A DNA stretch of 40,807 nt from Candidatus Micrarchaeota archaeon (GTDB lineage: Archaea; B1Sed10-29): NCBI GenBank assembly GCA_964388265.1, contig CAYLXZ010000004.1:1-40807 (forward strand), read 5' to 3'. This document shows positions 1 through 9,036 of the stretch, one piece after another. The notes beneath the pieces were generated by a model, which made no database searches, was not told where the DNA came from, and saw nothing but the letters and a program-made list of their open reading frames with translations. The translations under genes were made by a program, and so were the position numbers. Numbering within the stretch: the first letter of the stretch is position 1; every line of letters begins with the position of its first letter.

Positions 1-870
1 GTCCACGTTTTTTTTTTTTTTTTTTTCAACGAGTTCTTTTAGCATTGTTTCTTCTTGTTCTAGGAATCCTTCTAGTTGGTCTGGGTCGGTTATCTGTATT
101 TCTGCGTCTGTTTCTGTTTCTTTTACTTCTATTGCTGTGTTCAGTAGAGCTATGTTTGGGTTCTGTTTTTTTCTTGGCATGTTTCCGTGTACTCTTTCTT
201 TGTCTATTACTATTCCGTTTATGAGTTGGGAGTCGTTGATGTTTCCTCCTTCTTTTGTCTCTATCTTGATGTTGTCTTTATCTATCTTTATTTTCCCGTT
301 TTCTTCTTCTGCTACTTGTTTCACTGCGTTTACTACTATTTCAGCTATTTTTCTTTCGCTTTCTATTGCTGTTCCTTTGGATTTCATGCTTGTTGCGCAT
401 ACGTTTTTCAGTATTTCGGTGTCTCGTTGTGTTATTTCTTTACTTTTCTGGTTCAATGCTTCTAGTGCTTTGTCTTGAGCCATCTTATATCCTTTTATTA
501 TCAGGCTTGGGTGGATGTCTTGGTCTAGGAGTTTTTTTGCTTCGTTCAGGAGTTCTCCTGCTATTATGACGGCTGTTGTTGTTCCGTCTCCTGTTTCTGT
601 GTCTTGTGTTTGGGATACTTCCACTAGCATCTTTGCTGCTGGGTGGTTCACGTCCATTTCGTCGAGTATTGTTGCTCCGTCGTTGGTTACTGTTATGTCT
701 CCTATTTCGTCCACTAGCATCTTGTCCATTCCTTTGGGTCCTAGTGTTGTTCTTACTGCGTCTGAGATTGTTGTTCCTGCTCTTATGTTGGTTTCTTGTG
801 CGTCTTTTCCTTGTGTTCTTTCTGTGCCTTCTGACACCAAGAATATTGGTTGTCCTCCTAATTTAGCCAT
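1..870 (-). CDS. ths: Thermosome (group II chaperonin) subunit, N-terminal 290 codons, runs off the window edge
   Basis: Manual translation: [15 protein letters not shown]...[14 protein letters not shown]...TNDGATIL...[17 protein letters not shown] at 878-883. Absent from the ORF track because there is no stop in the window. Confidence 0.97.
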   Translation of the reverse strand, partial: MAKLGGQPIFLVSEGTERTQGKDAQETNIRAGTTISDAVRTTLGPKGMDKMLVDEIGDITVTNDGATILDEMDVNHPAAKMLVEVSQTQDTETGDGTTTAVIIAGELLNEAKKLLDQDIHPSLIIKGYKMAQDKALEALNQKSKEITQRDTEILKNVCATSMKSKGTAIESERKIAEIVVNAVKQVAEEENGKIKIDKDNIKIETKEGGNINDSQLINGIVIDKERVHGNMPRKKQNPNIALLNTAIEVKETETDAEIQITDPDQLEGFLEQEETMLKELVEKKKKKNVD

Positions 871-1011
871 TTATGATACCTCCTTTTTGTTTTTGGTCTA
901 TTTAGAGTTAGTGTAATTTCTAGTCTTTCTAGAATTATCTTGCTTTAATCTTTCTTCATGGTTTTTCTTCTCATGGTTTTTTATATGTTTTTCCCTTGCG
1001 TAGTTTTATTT

Positions 1012-1030
1012 AAGAGAAAATCTTTAAATA
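1012..1030 (+). promoter_or_regulatory. BRE/TATA promoter candidate for tRNA-Cys-cysS
   Basis: Purine-rich AAGAGAAAA followed by TTTAAATA just upstream of the tRNA; spacing to the mature 5' end is short, so the exact box is uncertain. Confidence 0.45.
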
Positions 1031-1040
1031 TAGTGTAGGT

Positions 1041-1111
1041 GTCGGGATGGCAGAGTGGTTATGCACCGGCCTGCAGAGCCGAGTACAGGGGTTCGAATCC
1101 CCTTCCCGACT
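1041..1111 (+). tRNA. tRNA-Cys(GCA)
   Basis: Acceptor stem GTCGGGA/TCCCGAC, D arm GCAGAGTGGTTATGC, anticodon loop CT-GCA-GA, T arm AGGGG-TTCGAAT-CCCCT, U73 discriminator, CCA not encoded. Confidence 0.96.
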
Positions 1112-1146
1112 TTCAAAAAAATCAAACCAAACTAGAGGTGAATCGA

Positions 1147-2595
1147 TTGACTCTTAAACTCTACAACACCATGACGCGGGAAAAAGAAGAGTTCAAACCA
1201 AGAGAAAAAGATGAAGTAAAGATGTACACCTGCGGACAGACTATCTACGATGATCTCCACGTTGGAAACGCCAGAACCTACAGCAACTGGGACGTGCTCA
1301 ACCGATACCTAACCTGGAAAGATTATGATGTGTTCCATGTTCTCAACATCACTGACGTAGGTCACTTAACCGACGACGCGGACCAAGGAGAAGACAAAGT
1401 TGAGAAAAGCGCTGAAGAAAAAGGCTTAGAACCTAGAGAACTCGTTACCAGAAAGATAAGAGAGTTCTACAAAGAACTCGATGCATTAAACATAAAGCAA
1501 CATAATGTTAACCCGAGAGCCACTGGACATATCCCAGAAATGGTTGAAGCAGTTGAAAACATAATCGAGAATGGCTACGGGTATGAAAAGAATGGATCGG
1601 TTTATTTCGATGTCGAGAAATTCAATGAAGACCATGGGTATGCCGAGATGTCGGGAAAGAACATCGAGGAATTGAAGGCAGGAGCAGGAGGAAGAGTATG
1701 CGAAGAAGAAATGCAGGAGAAGAAAAGCCCGCTGGACTTCGCGCTATGGATAAAGGCAGATCCAGGTCATTTGATGAAATGGAACTCACCCTGGAGCAAG
1801 GGATACCCTGGATGGCATCTTGAGTGCAGTGTGATGTCCACCAAGTACCTTGGAGAGCACTTCGATATCCATGGAGGAGGAGTAGACCATATATTCCCCC
1901 ATCATCCTAATGAGAGAGCTCAGAACTATGCTATGAACGACTTAGACAAAGAACCAGTTAATTACTGGATACACAGCGAGTTCCTAACCGTTGAAGGAGA
2001 AAAAATGAGTAAATCCAAAGGCAACTTCCATACAGTGAAGGAGCTCCTAGAGAAATATGATGGAGAAACACTTAGAATGCTCTTCTCCTCATCACACTAC
2101 AGGCGGCAGATGGACTTCAGTGAAGAATCAATAGAAGACGCTCGAAACAAGCTAGATAAACTCTACAACACACTCTACTCAATTAAGATGTCTGATGGAG
2201 GGGAAAAAACTGATCTAGAACAGGAGATAGAGAAAGTTAAAGAAGAGTTTGAGGAAGCAATGGACGATGACCTCAACACCCCTGAGGCACTCAGCGCCCT
2301 ACTTCAGTTCAGTAAAGAAATCAATAAATCACTGGATAACAAGAAAGAGATTCTCCAAGAAGCAGGGGATATATTGAAGGAACTGGGAGGAGTGCTTGGA
2401 CTCGAGCTGGATCTATCGAAGAAGGAGGGTACTGGAACTGAATCCGAAGAACTCATAGATCTACTCGTGGAGATTCGAGATAGATTAAGAGAGAATGAGG
2501 AGTACGAGTTAAGCGATGAAATAAGATCCAAACTCAGAGAACTTGACATAGAGATTCAGGATACTGATGAAGGTACTAAATGGAAGGAAGTGTAG
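1147..2595 (+). CDS. cysS: Cysteine--tRNA ligase (class I)
   Basis: Motifs YTCGQTIY..HVGNAR, GYPGWHLECS, DIHGGGVDHIFPHH, KMSKS. True start is probably TTG at 1147 after GAGGTGA; the track start at 1039 overlaps the tRNA. Confidence 0.96.
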   Translation: MTLKLYNTMTREKEEFKPREKDEVKMYTCGQTIYDDLHVGNARTYSNWDVLNRYLTWKDYDVFHVLNITDVGHLTDDADQGEDKVEKSAEEKGLEPRELVTRKIREFYKELDALNIKQHNVNPRATGHIPEMVEAVENIIENGYGYEKNGSVYFDVEKFNEDHGYAEMSGKNIEELKAGAGGRVCEEEMQEKKSPLDFALWIKADPGHLMKWNSPWSKGYPGWHLECSVMSTKYLGEHFDIHGGGVDHIFPHHPNERAQNYAMNDLDKEPVNYWIHSEFLTVEGEKMSKSKGNFHTVKELLEKYDGETLRMLFSSSHYRRQMDFSEESIEDARNKLDKLYNTLYSIKMSDGGEKTDLEQEIEKVKEEFEEAMDDDLNTPEALSALLQFSKEINKSLDNKKEILQEAGDILKELGGVLGLELDLSKKEGTGTESEELIDLLVEIRDRLRENEEYELSDEIRSKLRELDIEIQDTDEGTKWKEV

Positions 2596-2627
2596 TGTAA
2601 GTAATTGTCCTTTTGTAGTGTAAGTAA
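2591..2627. repeat. 14-bp direct repeat TGTAGTGTAAGTAA x2
   Basis: Exact copies at 2591-2604 and 2614-2627, at the cysS stop and in the convergent intergenic gap. Confidence 0.7.
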
Positions 2628-2669
2628 GAGATGTAAAATTTGGTTTTTTGAGTTAACCTATAAAGAATT

Positions 2670-5600
2670 TTAGTTCAGCACGTTAAAGTAGATCTCTATC
2701 TTCTTTTCCTTGACCTCGGTTTCTTTACTGGATTTGTAACTCTCCGAGGGCTCTTCAGATGATATTCTTATCTCTTCTGACCCTGTCCTATTTTTAATAT
2801 CTTTTCTATGTCCTTCTAGCATTTCTTTTAGCTTTGAATCCGCCTTTATATATAATTTGATATCTTGTTCTTTATCGAGCCCTTCATCTTTTCTCAGCTG
2901 CTGTGTGTGTCTCATTACTTCTCTTGCGTATCCTTCTGACTCTAGTTCAGGGGTTGTATCAGTGTCTAGGTATATTTCTCCTTTGTTGAATTCTCGTACT
3001 TCGAGGTTCTCTGGCATCTTTCGGTCTATAGATATGTGTTTTCTCTTGAGTTTAACTTCTTTTGTACCTATGTCGAGTCTAGCGAATCCTTGTTCTTCTA
3101 TCTCTCTTTTTATTCTCTTTAATTCATCTCTTGCTTCTTCCATTACCTTCATGGCATCTTGCTGGAACTCCGCTCCAACTGCCTTCTCATTCAATGAAAC
3201 CTTCTTCTCTACCTCAGGCATATCTTCTGTTATCTCTACTTCTCTCACGTTTGTCTGTTCTCGAATTATTCTCTCTAATTCTTTGGCCGCTTCTTTCATT
3301 TCATTCTGCTTGGTTTCGATTATGGCTTTCTTCACTGGCCATCTTACTCCTCGGCCGATCTTACTTCTCAGCGCGAGTATTGCTTCATTTACATCCTCCA
3401 CTAAACTCATCTCTGTTTCTAGTTCTTCATCTATCCATTTCTTCTCTGGCTCTGGCCAGCTGAATAGATGAATACTTTCAGGTTTTTCGTCTTCTCGATA
3501 GCTTTCTTGGTATATTCTCTCTGTTAGGAAGGGTGTGAAAGGAGCCATTGTTTTCAATGTATCTAGAAGAGCTTTATCCATCACTGCAGATACTTTCTTT
3601 TTCTCTTCTTCATTTTCGTTTATTCTTTCTCTTATGTATTGAATATATCCTCGTGAGAAGTCTTCTAGGAAGAATTCTTTTATCTCTCTAGCTGCTTTAT
3701 GTGGCTCCAGCTCTTCAAGTTGTTTATTCACTTTTTTCTTCATTGTGTTGAGTCTTGAGAGTAACCACCTGTCTTCTTCCGTGAGATTTTCCCTACCAGG
3801 GAGTTTTTCCATTGGTCTTTTTGGAGCTGTCTCTTGGATGTATTGATCTATGTTGAATAGTGTGGATAGTTCTTGTTCGGCTTCTTCTCCTGATTCGTAT
3901 CCTATAGCGGTTTTAGTGCTTGGATTTCCGTTTAAGAAGACCCATCTAACGTTATCCATCCCTATTTTTTCAGCTGCTTCTTCTGCAGGTATCACGTTCC
4001 CCTTGCTTTTGCTCATTGGTTTTCCTTCATCATCTATAACCATTTCAAAGCTTCTGACTTTTTTGTATGGTGTTTGCTTCTCTAGAATAGTGCTTACTAC
4101 CATTGTGGAGTGGAACCAGTTGGTTACTTGGTCTCTTCCTTCTGCTATTAGGTTGGAGGGGAACCAGTTCCAGAAGTATTCGGGGTCATCTAAGTAGTTT
4201 AATGTGGCGTAGGGTACTAAACCGGAGTCTATCCATACGTCCCCTGTTTTTTCTACTCTTTCCATTTCTCCTTTGCATTCACTGCATTCTAATTTAACTT
4301 TGTCTATCCAGGGTTTATGAAGTTCTTCTAGTTGCTCTATTCCTTTTATTGCTTTTTCCTCTAGTTCTTTTTTGGAGCCTATGACTGTTTTGTTGTCGCA
4401 TTCTTTGCATTTCCATATTGGTATGGGTGTGCCCCAGTATCTTTTTCTTGAGATGTTCCATTCTTCCATGTTGTCCAGCCAGTTGTAGTACTCTTTCTCT
4501 AGGTATTCTGGCTCCCATTGGACTTTTTCTGCTTCTTCTCGGAGTTTTTCTTTTATCTGTGTTTGGTCTATGAACCATTCTCCCCCTGCTCTTCTTTGAA
4601 TTAGTTTTTCATCGCATCTCCAGCATAGAGGGTATTGGTGAGTGTATTCTTCGGTTCTATATAGTACGTTTCTTTCTTTTAGGTCTTCTATCACTTCTTC
4701 GTTAACTTCATTCACGTATTTACCTGTTAACCATCCATAACCTTCTTTGTACTCTCCATCTCCTTTTATAGGTGATAGTGAAGCTAGGTTTTTTTCTTTT
4801 CCTAGTTCTTCGTCTTCTTCTCCGCATCCTGGCGCTATGTGTACTATTCCTGTTCCTTCTGTGGATCCTACTTCGCTCCATTTAACTACCTTGTGTTCTG
4901 GTTCTTCCTGTGCTGGTAGATTAGGGTGTGGTGGCTTGTAGTGTTTTCCTATGAGTTTTTCTCCTTTGAATTCGTCTACTATCTCGTAGTCTCCTTTCAT
5001 GGTTGTGTGTACTGCGTCTTTTGCCATGTAGTAGGTTTTTCCATCTTGTTTTACTTCTGCATATACTTCTTCTGGGTTCACTGCGCATACTACGTTCGCT
5101 GATAGTGTCCAGGGCGTAGTTGTCCAGGCCATGAGGTATGCGTCTTCGTCTTTTAGTGGTAGGGTGATGTATATTGAGTTATCTGTTAGTTGTGTGTATC
5201 CTTCTCCTATTTCTTGTTGGGAGAGGCTGGTTCCGCAGCGTGGGCACCACCACATTACTCTTGATCCTTCGAATAATAGGTCTTTTTCATCGCATTTTTT
5301 GATGAAGTGCCATATGTGTTCTATGTAGTCGTCCTTATAGGTGTAGTAGGAGTTTTCCCAGTCCATCCATTGTCCGAGTCGAATGGAGTCTTCTGTTTGT
5401 GACTTTGAGTATTTTTCAATTATCTTTTTACATTTTTCTATGAATTCATCTACTCCCATCTCTTCTATTTCTTTCTTTGAATCTATCCCGAACTCTTTTT
5501 CGGCTTGAACTTCTATTGGTAGTCCTTGTGTATCGAAACCGTTTTGGTATCTTTGTTTGTATCCTTGCATTCCTTTCCATCTTTGATAGAGGTCTTTACA

Positions 5601-5768
5601 GGTTCTGCTGTAGGCGTGGTGGATACACATGTTTTCATTTGCAGTTATAGGTCCGTCTATAAGAGTCCATTTTTCATTTCCTTCATTTTTCTTTCTTCTC
5701 TTTTCGAATATATCGTTCTGGTCCCAGAACTCCAGCATTTCTTTCTCTACTTCTTGTGGGTTGTACAT
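2670..5768 (-). CDS. ileS: Isoleucine--tRNA ligase (type 2, archaeal/eukaryote-like)
   Basis: DGPITAN..CIHH, WTTTPWTL, GTGIVHIAP, YPLCWRC, WNISRKRYWGTPIPIW, PMSKSKGN, C-terminal EGYAREVMR. Confidence 0.95.
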   Translation of the reverse strand: MYNPQEVEKEMLEFWDQNDIFEKRRKKNEGNEKWTLIDGPITANENMCIHHAYSRTCKDLYQRWKGMQGYKQRYQNGFDTQGLPIEVQAEKEFGIDSKKEIEEMGVDEFIEKCKKIIEKYSKSQTEDSIRLGQWMDWENSYYTYKDDYIEHIWHFIKKCDEKDLLFEGSRVMWWCPRCGTSLSQQEIGEGYTQLTDNSIYITLPLKDEDAYLMAWTTTPWTLSANVVCAVNPEEVYAEVKQDGKTYYMAKDAVHTTMKGDYEIVDEFKGEKLIGKHYKPPHPNLPAQEEPEHKVVKWSEVGSTEGTGIVHIAPGCGEEDEELGKEKNLASLSPIKGDGEYKEGYGWLTGKYVNEVNEEVIEDLKERNVLYRTEEYTHQYPLCWRCDEKLIQRRAGGEWFIDQTQIKEKLREEAEKVQWEPEYLEKEYYNWLDNMEEWNISRKRYWGTPIPIWKCKECDNKTVIGSKKELEEKAIKGIEQLEELHKPWIDKVKLECSECKGEMERVEKTGDVWIDSGLVPYATLNYLDDPEYFWNWFPSNLIAEGRDQVTNWFHSTMVVSTILEKQTPYKKVRSFEMVIDDEGKPMSKSKGNVIPAEEAAEKIGMDNVRWVFLNGNPSTKTAIGYESGEEAEQELSTLFNIDQYIQETAPKRPMEKLPGRENLTEEDRWLLSRLNTMKKKVNKQLEELEPHKAAREIKEFFLEDFSRGYIQYIRERINENEEEKKKVSAVMDKALLDTLKTMAPFTPFLTERIYQESYREDEKPESIHLFSWPEPEKKWIDEELETEMSLVEDVNEAILALRSKIGRGVRWPVKKAIIETKQNEMKEAAKELERIIREQTNVREVEITEDMPEVEKKVSLNEKAVGAEFQQDAMKVMEEARDELKRIKREIEEQGFARLDIGTKEVKLKRKHISIDRKMPENLEVREFNKGEIYLDTDTTPELESEGYAREVMRHTQQLRKDEGLDKEQDIKLYIKADSKLKEMLEGHRKDIKNRTGSEEIRISSEEPSESYKSSKETEVKEKKIEIYFNVLN

Positions 5769-5770
5769 GT

Positions 5771-8107
5771 TTATTCACCTTTTATGTTATGCATCTCTAT
5801 TAGATCTTCTTTGAAGGGCTCTAGTTCTTCAGGTATCTCTACTCCTTCTATCTCCGCGCTTAGAGATATATCTTTATCTTTCTTCTTTTTCCATACTTCA
5901 TGATTGAACTCCATGATCTCTTCCGTTAGCTCACCGTACCTGGTTTCTCTTTCCTCTAGGGCTTTGGGGAAGAGTTTTTTGTGAACGCTTCCTCCGTAGA
6001 GCTCTCTGTGTATCTTGTCCGTTATGTGTGGGGATATTGGAGCTATCAGTTGAATTACTTCTTTCAGAATTGTGTGTAGAGTGTATAGTGCTCCTTGGTC
6101 TCCGTTGTATGCTTTTGGTTTAACCATTTCGAGGTAGTGTGATGCGAATTCGTTTTGAACAAAGCTCTTTATCTTTGTGGCTGCTGGGAATGGGTTGTAC
6201 TCGCTGTATCCTTCTCTAGCTTCCTTTATAACTTTGTTTAGCTCTCCGAGTATCCATTTATCTGTTGCGCTTAGTTCTTCTGGTTTCTCTTTCTTTTCGA
6301 ACATTGATACGAATCTTGCGGTGTTCCATAGTTTGGTTAGGAATTTATTTGCTCCTTTTATCCTTTCTTCAGATACTATGTAGTCTTCTCCGATGTTGGC
6401 TTCTGAAGCTGCCCAGTATCTCCATGCGTCGGCTCCTTGTTCTTTTAGTAGGGGTTTGGGGTTGACGAAGTTTCCTTTAGATTTGCTCATTTCTTCTCCT
6501 TCTTCGTTTCTTCCCATTCCGTTTATCCATACTTCTTCGAATGGTTTTTTCTCTGTTAGCTGGATGTTTCTGAGTGTGGTGTAATAGAGCCAGGTTCTGA
6601 TTATGTCTCTTCCTTGAGTTCTTATTATCTTCTCTGGGTAGGTTTCTTGGAATAAATTCGGATTTTTCTCGTATCCGGTTATGTATAGGTTAGTGATGCT
6701 TGAGTCCATCCATGTGTCGAATACTCTTTCTTCTCCTTTGAATTCGGTTCCTCCGCACTCTGGGCATTCGTCTATTGGAGGGTCTTCTTTCCAGGGTTGG
6801 TAGTATCTATCTATTTGAGGAACGATTGGTTCTTCGCAGTCTTTACAGTACCACATAGGTATCTCTGTGGCGTAGTATCCTCTTCTTGAAATCACCCAGT
6901 CTATTGTAACTGATTCAACCCAGTCGAGGAGTCTTCTCTTGTGCTGTGGTTGTAGGAAATTCATTTCTTCGGCTTTTTCTTTGACTTCGTCCAGGAACTT
7001 GGTTTGATTGAGGTACCATTCGTCCATTGCTATTAGCTCTACTTTGGTTCCACATGCTTCGCACACTGGTTTCTTTTGATGTGTCTGTTCTTTCCTGGAG
7101 ATTGATCCTTCTTTCTCCAGGTCCTTGACTATCTCTTTCCTAGCTTTCTCTATCTTCATTCCTTTGTATTTCCCGGTTCTTCGTGTCATCTCTCTGTCTT
7201 TGTTTATGGCTTTTATGGGTTCTAGATTGAGGTCTCGGAATAGTTTTACGTCTGTTTTATCTCCATAGGAGCATATCATCACCATGCCTGTTCCGAAGTC
7301 TTTTTCAGCGTAGTGGTGAGGTTCTATCGGTACTTTTCTATCGTATAATGGTATTTCGATCATTTTACCGTGTAGTTCTTCGTATCTTTCATCATCTGGG
7401 TGCACCAGCACGGTTTGGCAGGCTGCAAGTAGCTCTGGACGGGTTGTGGCTATCTCTTTCTCTTCTCCGTCCGGTAACTCGAATTTGAGGTAGTATAGGG
7501 TGGTTGAGTCTTCTTCATGTTCTAGTTCGGCGTCTGCTATGGCTGTGTTGCATTTTGGGCACCAGTTGTTCGGTCTGTAATCTTCGTACACGAGTCCTTT
7601 GTCCCAGAGTTCTTTGAAAGTTTTCTGGGTTAGATGCCTGTAGTCCTTTGAATCGGTTTCGTAGTAGTGTTCGGGATCTTCCTGGAAACTCATTCCGCAG
7701 CGGTGGAATATTTCGTTTATGAGTTCTTGGGAGTAGTCCAGTATTTCTTTGCATTTTTCGTTGAATTTCTCTCTTCCAATTTCTTCTTTTGTCTTTCCTA
7801 TCTTTTGTTTCACTCTTCTCTCGATTTTTATACCGTTTCTGTCAAAGCAGTTAGGGTAAAGCACTTCTTTCCCTTGCATTCTTGCTGTACGGGCCACCAT
7901 GTCTGTGTAGTTGTAGGCAACAGTTTGAGCTGGATGTATTGGTAGTTCTTCGGTTCCTGAGGGATAGGCTGGTGGATTATCTATGACGAGTAGTTCTTTA
8001 TCGCTGTCTGGATTAAAGCTGTAGAGGTCTTCTTCTTTCCATTTTTCTTGGATTTCGACTTCGTCTTCTGGTTCCCATCTTTTTTTATCCAGTTTTGGTT
8101 TAGACAT
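5771..8107 (-). CDS. valS: Valine--tRNA ligase (archaeal type) with degenerate HIGH motif
   Basis: DNPPAYPSG, IATTRPELL, GTGMVMICSYGD, DWVISR, FDTWMDSS, QGRDIIRTW, EMSKSKGN. ATG at 8107 with GAGG upstream is preferred over TTG at 8134. Confidence 0.9.
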   Translation of the reverse strand: MSKPKLDKKRWEPEDEVEIQEKWKEEDLYSFNPDSDKELLVIDNPPAYPSGTEELPIHPAQTVAYNYTDMVARTARMQGKEVLYPNCFDRNGIKIERRVKQKIGKTKEEIGREKFNEKCKEILDYSQELINEIFHRCGMSFQEDPEHYYETDSKDYRHLTQKTFKELWDKGLVYEDYRPNNWCPKCNTAIADAELEHEEDSTTLYYLKFELPDGEEKEIATTRPELLAACQTVLVHPDDERYEELHGKMIEIPLYDRKVPIEPHHYAEKDFGTGMVMICSYGDKTDVKLFRDLNLEPIKAINKDREMTRRTGKYKGMKIEKARKEIVKDLEKEGSISRKEQTHQKKPVCEACGTKVELIAMDEWYLNQTKFLDEVKEKAEEMNFLQPQHKRRLLDWVESVTIDWVISRRGYYATEIPMWYCKDCEEPIVPQIDRYYQPWKEDPPIDECPECGGTEFKGEERVFDTWMDSSITNLYITGYEKNPNLFQETYPEKIIRTQGRDIIRTWLYYTTLRNIQLTEKKPFEEVWINGMGRNEEGEEMSKSKGNFVNPKPLLKEQGADAWRYWAASEANIGEDYIVSEERIKGANKFLTKLWNTARFVSMFEKKEKPEELSATDKWILGELNKVIKEAREGYSEYNPFPAATKIKSFVQNEFASHYLEMVKPKAYNGDQGALYTLHTILKEVIQLIAPISPHITDKIHRELYGGSVHKKLFPKALEERETRYGELTEEIMEFNHEVWKKKKDKDISLSAEIEGVEIPEELEPFKEDLIEMHNIKGE

Positions 8108-8128
8108 GTCTCTAGCCTCGTTGGAATA

Positions 8129-8171
8129 TTTCAACTTCCACTTACCTGTGGTTGGGTAAGTGAAGTTAAAA
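8129..8171 (-). promoter_or_regulatory. Strong stem-loop in the valS 5' leader
   Basis: Minus strand TTTT-AACTTC-ACTTACC [CAACCACA] GGTAAGT-G-GAAGTT-GAAA: about 17 bp with one bulge and one G-U pair. Confidence 0.7.
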
Positions 8172-8213
8172 AACAGGTATGATGGTGTTTGTCTTGGTTG
8201 TTATCGACAGCAT
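8166..8213 (-). CDS. Putative 15-aa leader peptide MLSITTKTNTIIPVF
   Basis: ATG preceded by GTGA at RBS-like spacing, downstream of a TATA-like box (8244-8255). The stop lies inside the hairpin. Rich in Ile, Thr and Val. Confidence 0.4.
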   Translation of the reverse strand: MLSITTKTNTIIPVF

Positions 8214-8302
8214 TTCTATCACATGTGTTTAAGGGGCTTCTTGTTTTTAAATATACATCCGGATAGGAAACATTTAAGTACCTGCCTTTCTTTCTTTAAT
8301 CA

Positions 8303-9025
8303 ATGATTGAGAATCTATTGCTTCCAGTTTTTCAATTGGGCGGACGCATGAGTTTAATCGAAGATACTCTTTCCTCGATGGAGCCATTGATAATTACTCT
8401 TTTCGGTTTCGCTGGCTACGCGATATTCGTGCTGGAATTCTATGAATTTATATCCACTGAAGACATATTCAAAGAAGAAAGTTCTTACGCTAAGGCTAGA
8501 AAGAGCTTCGGAGAAAGATCCAACGTAAGCAAGTCTCTAAATACCTTTATAAGTGCATTGGAGTATCTATTCCTTTTTCCTTTCATTGTGTTCTTCTGGG
8601 CAGGTGTGTTCTTCGTTATCATAGTCACTGTGTCCAGCGTACCTACCGTGGAGACTATTTTACTTACTTCTGTAGCTATTGTTGGGGCTATACGGATATG
8701 CGCTTACTACAGACGGAAGATAGCGGAGGACGTAGCTAAACTTCTTCCCTTGGTTTTACTCGGTAACTTCGTGCTTGACTTCAAGGTAATCTCGCTTATG
8801 GAGACTTATAAAACGATTAAAACTGCTTTCTTTGATCCAAGTTTCCAGGCTCTTGCTTTGAATTACTTCATTCTTTTGGTGGTGTTGGAGTTCGTGCTCA
8901 GAGCAATCACTTTCTTCTGGAGACGCTTTAAAAAAGCTAGGAGAGAGAAAGAGGAGTTCAGTGAGACAGTGGAGTCTGAAGGTGTCGTGGCCGAAGAAAC
9001 TGAGGAATCTGAGGAAGAAGAATAA
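8303..9025 (+). CDS. Hypothetical multi-pass membrane protein
   Basis: About 5 hydrophobic segments and an acidic C-terminal tail; alternative start ATG at 8348. Confidence 0.8.
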   Translation: MIENLLLPVFQLGGRMSLIEDTLSSMEPLIITLFGFAGYAIFVLEFYEFISTEDIFKEESSYAKARKSFGERSNVSKSLNTFISALEYLFLFPFIVFFWAGVFFVIIVTVSSVPTVETILLTSVAIVGAIRICAYYRRKIAEDVAKLLPLVLLGNFVLDFKVISLMETYKTIKTAFFDPSFQALALNYFILLVVLEFVLRAITFFWRRFKKARREKEEFSETVESEGVVAEETEESEEEE

Positions 9026-9036
9026 TTAATATTCTC

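Noticed and set aside
137..916. Plus-strand Phe/Ser/Leu-rich ORFs (137-478, 187-465, 515-916 and others)
   Set aside because: Antisense shadows of the thermosome gene; the same applies to most short overlapping ORFs in the track.
1039..1146. N-terminal extension of CysRS in the ORF track
   Set aside because: It is read through the tRNA-Cys gene; the RBS and the typical LKLYNT start point to TTG at 1147.
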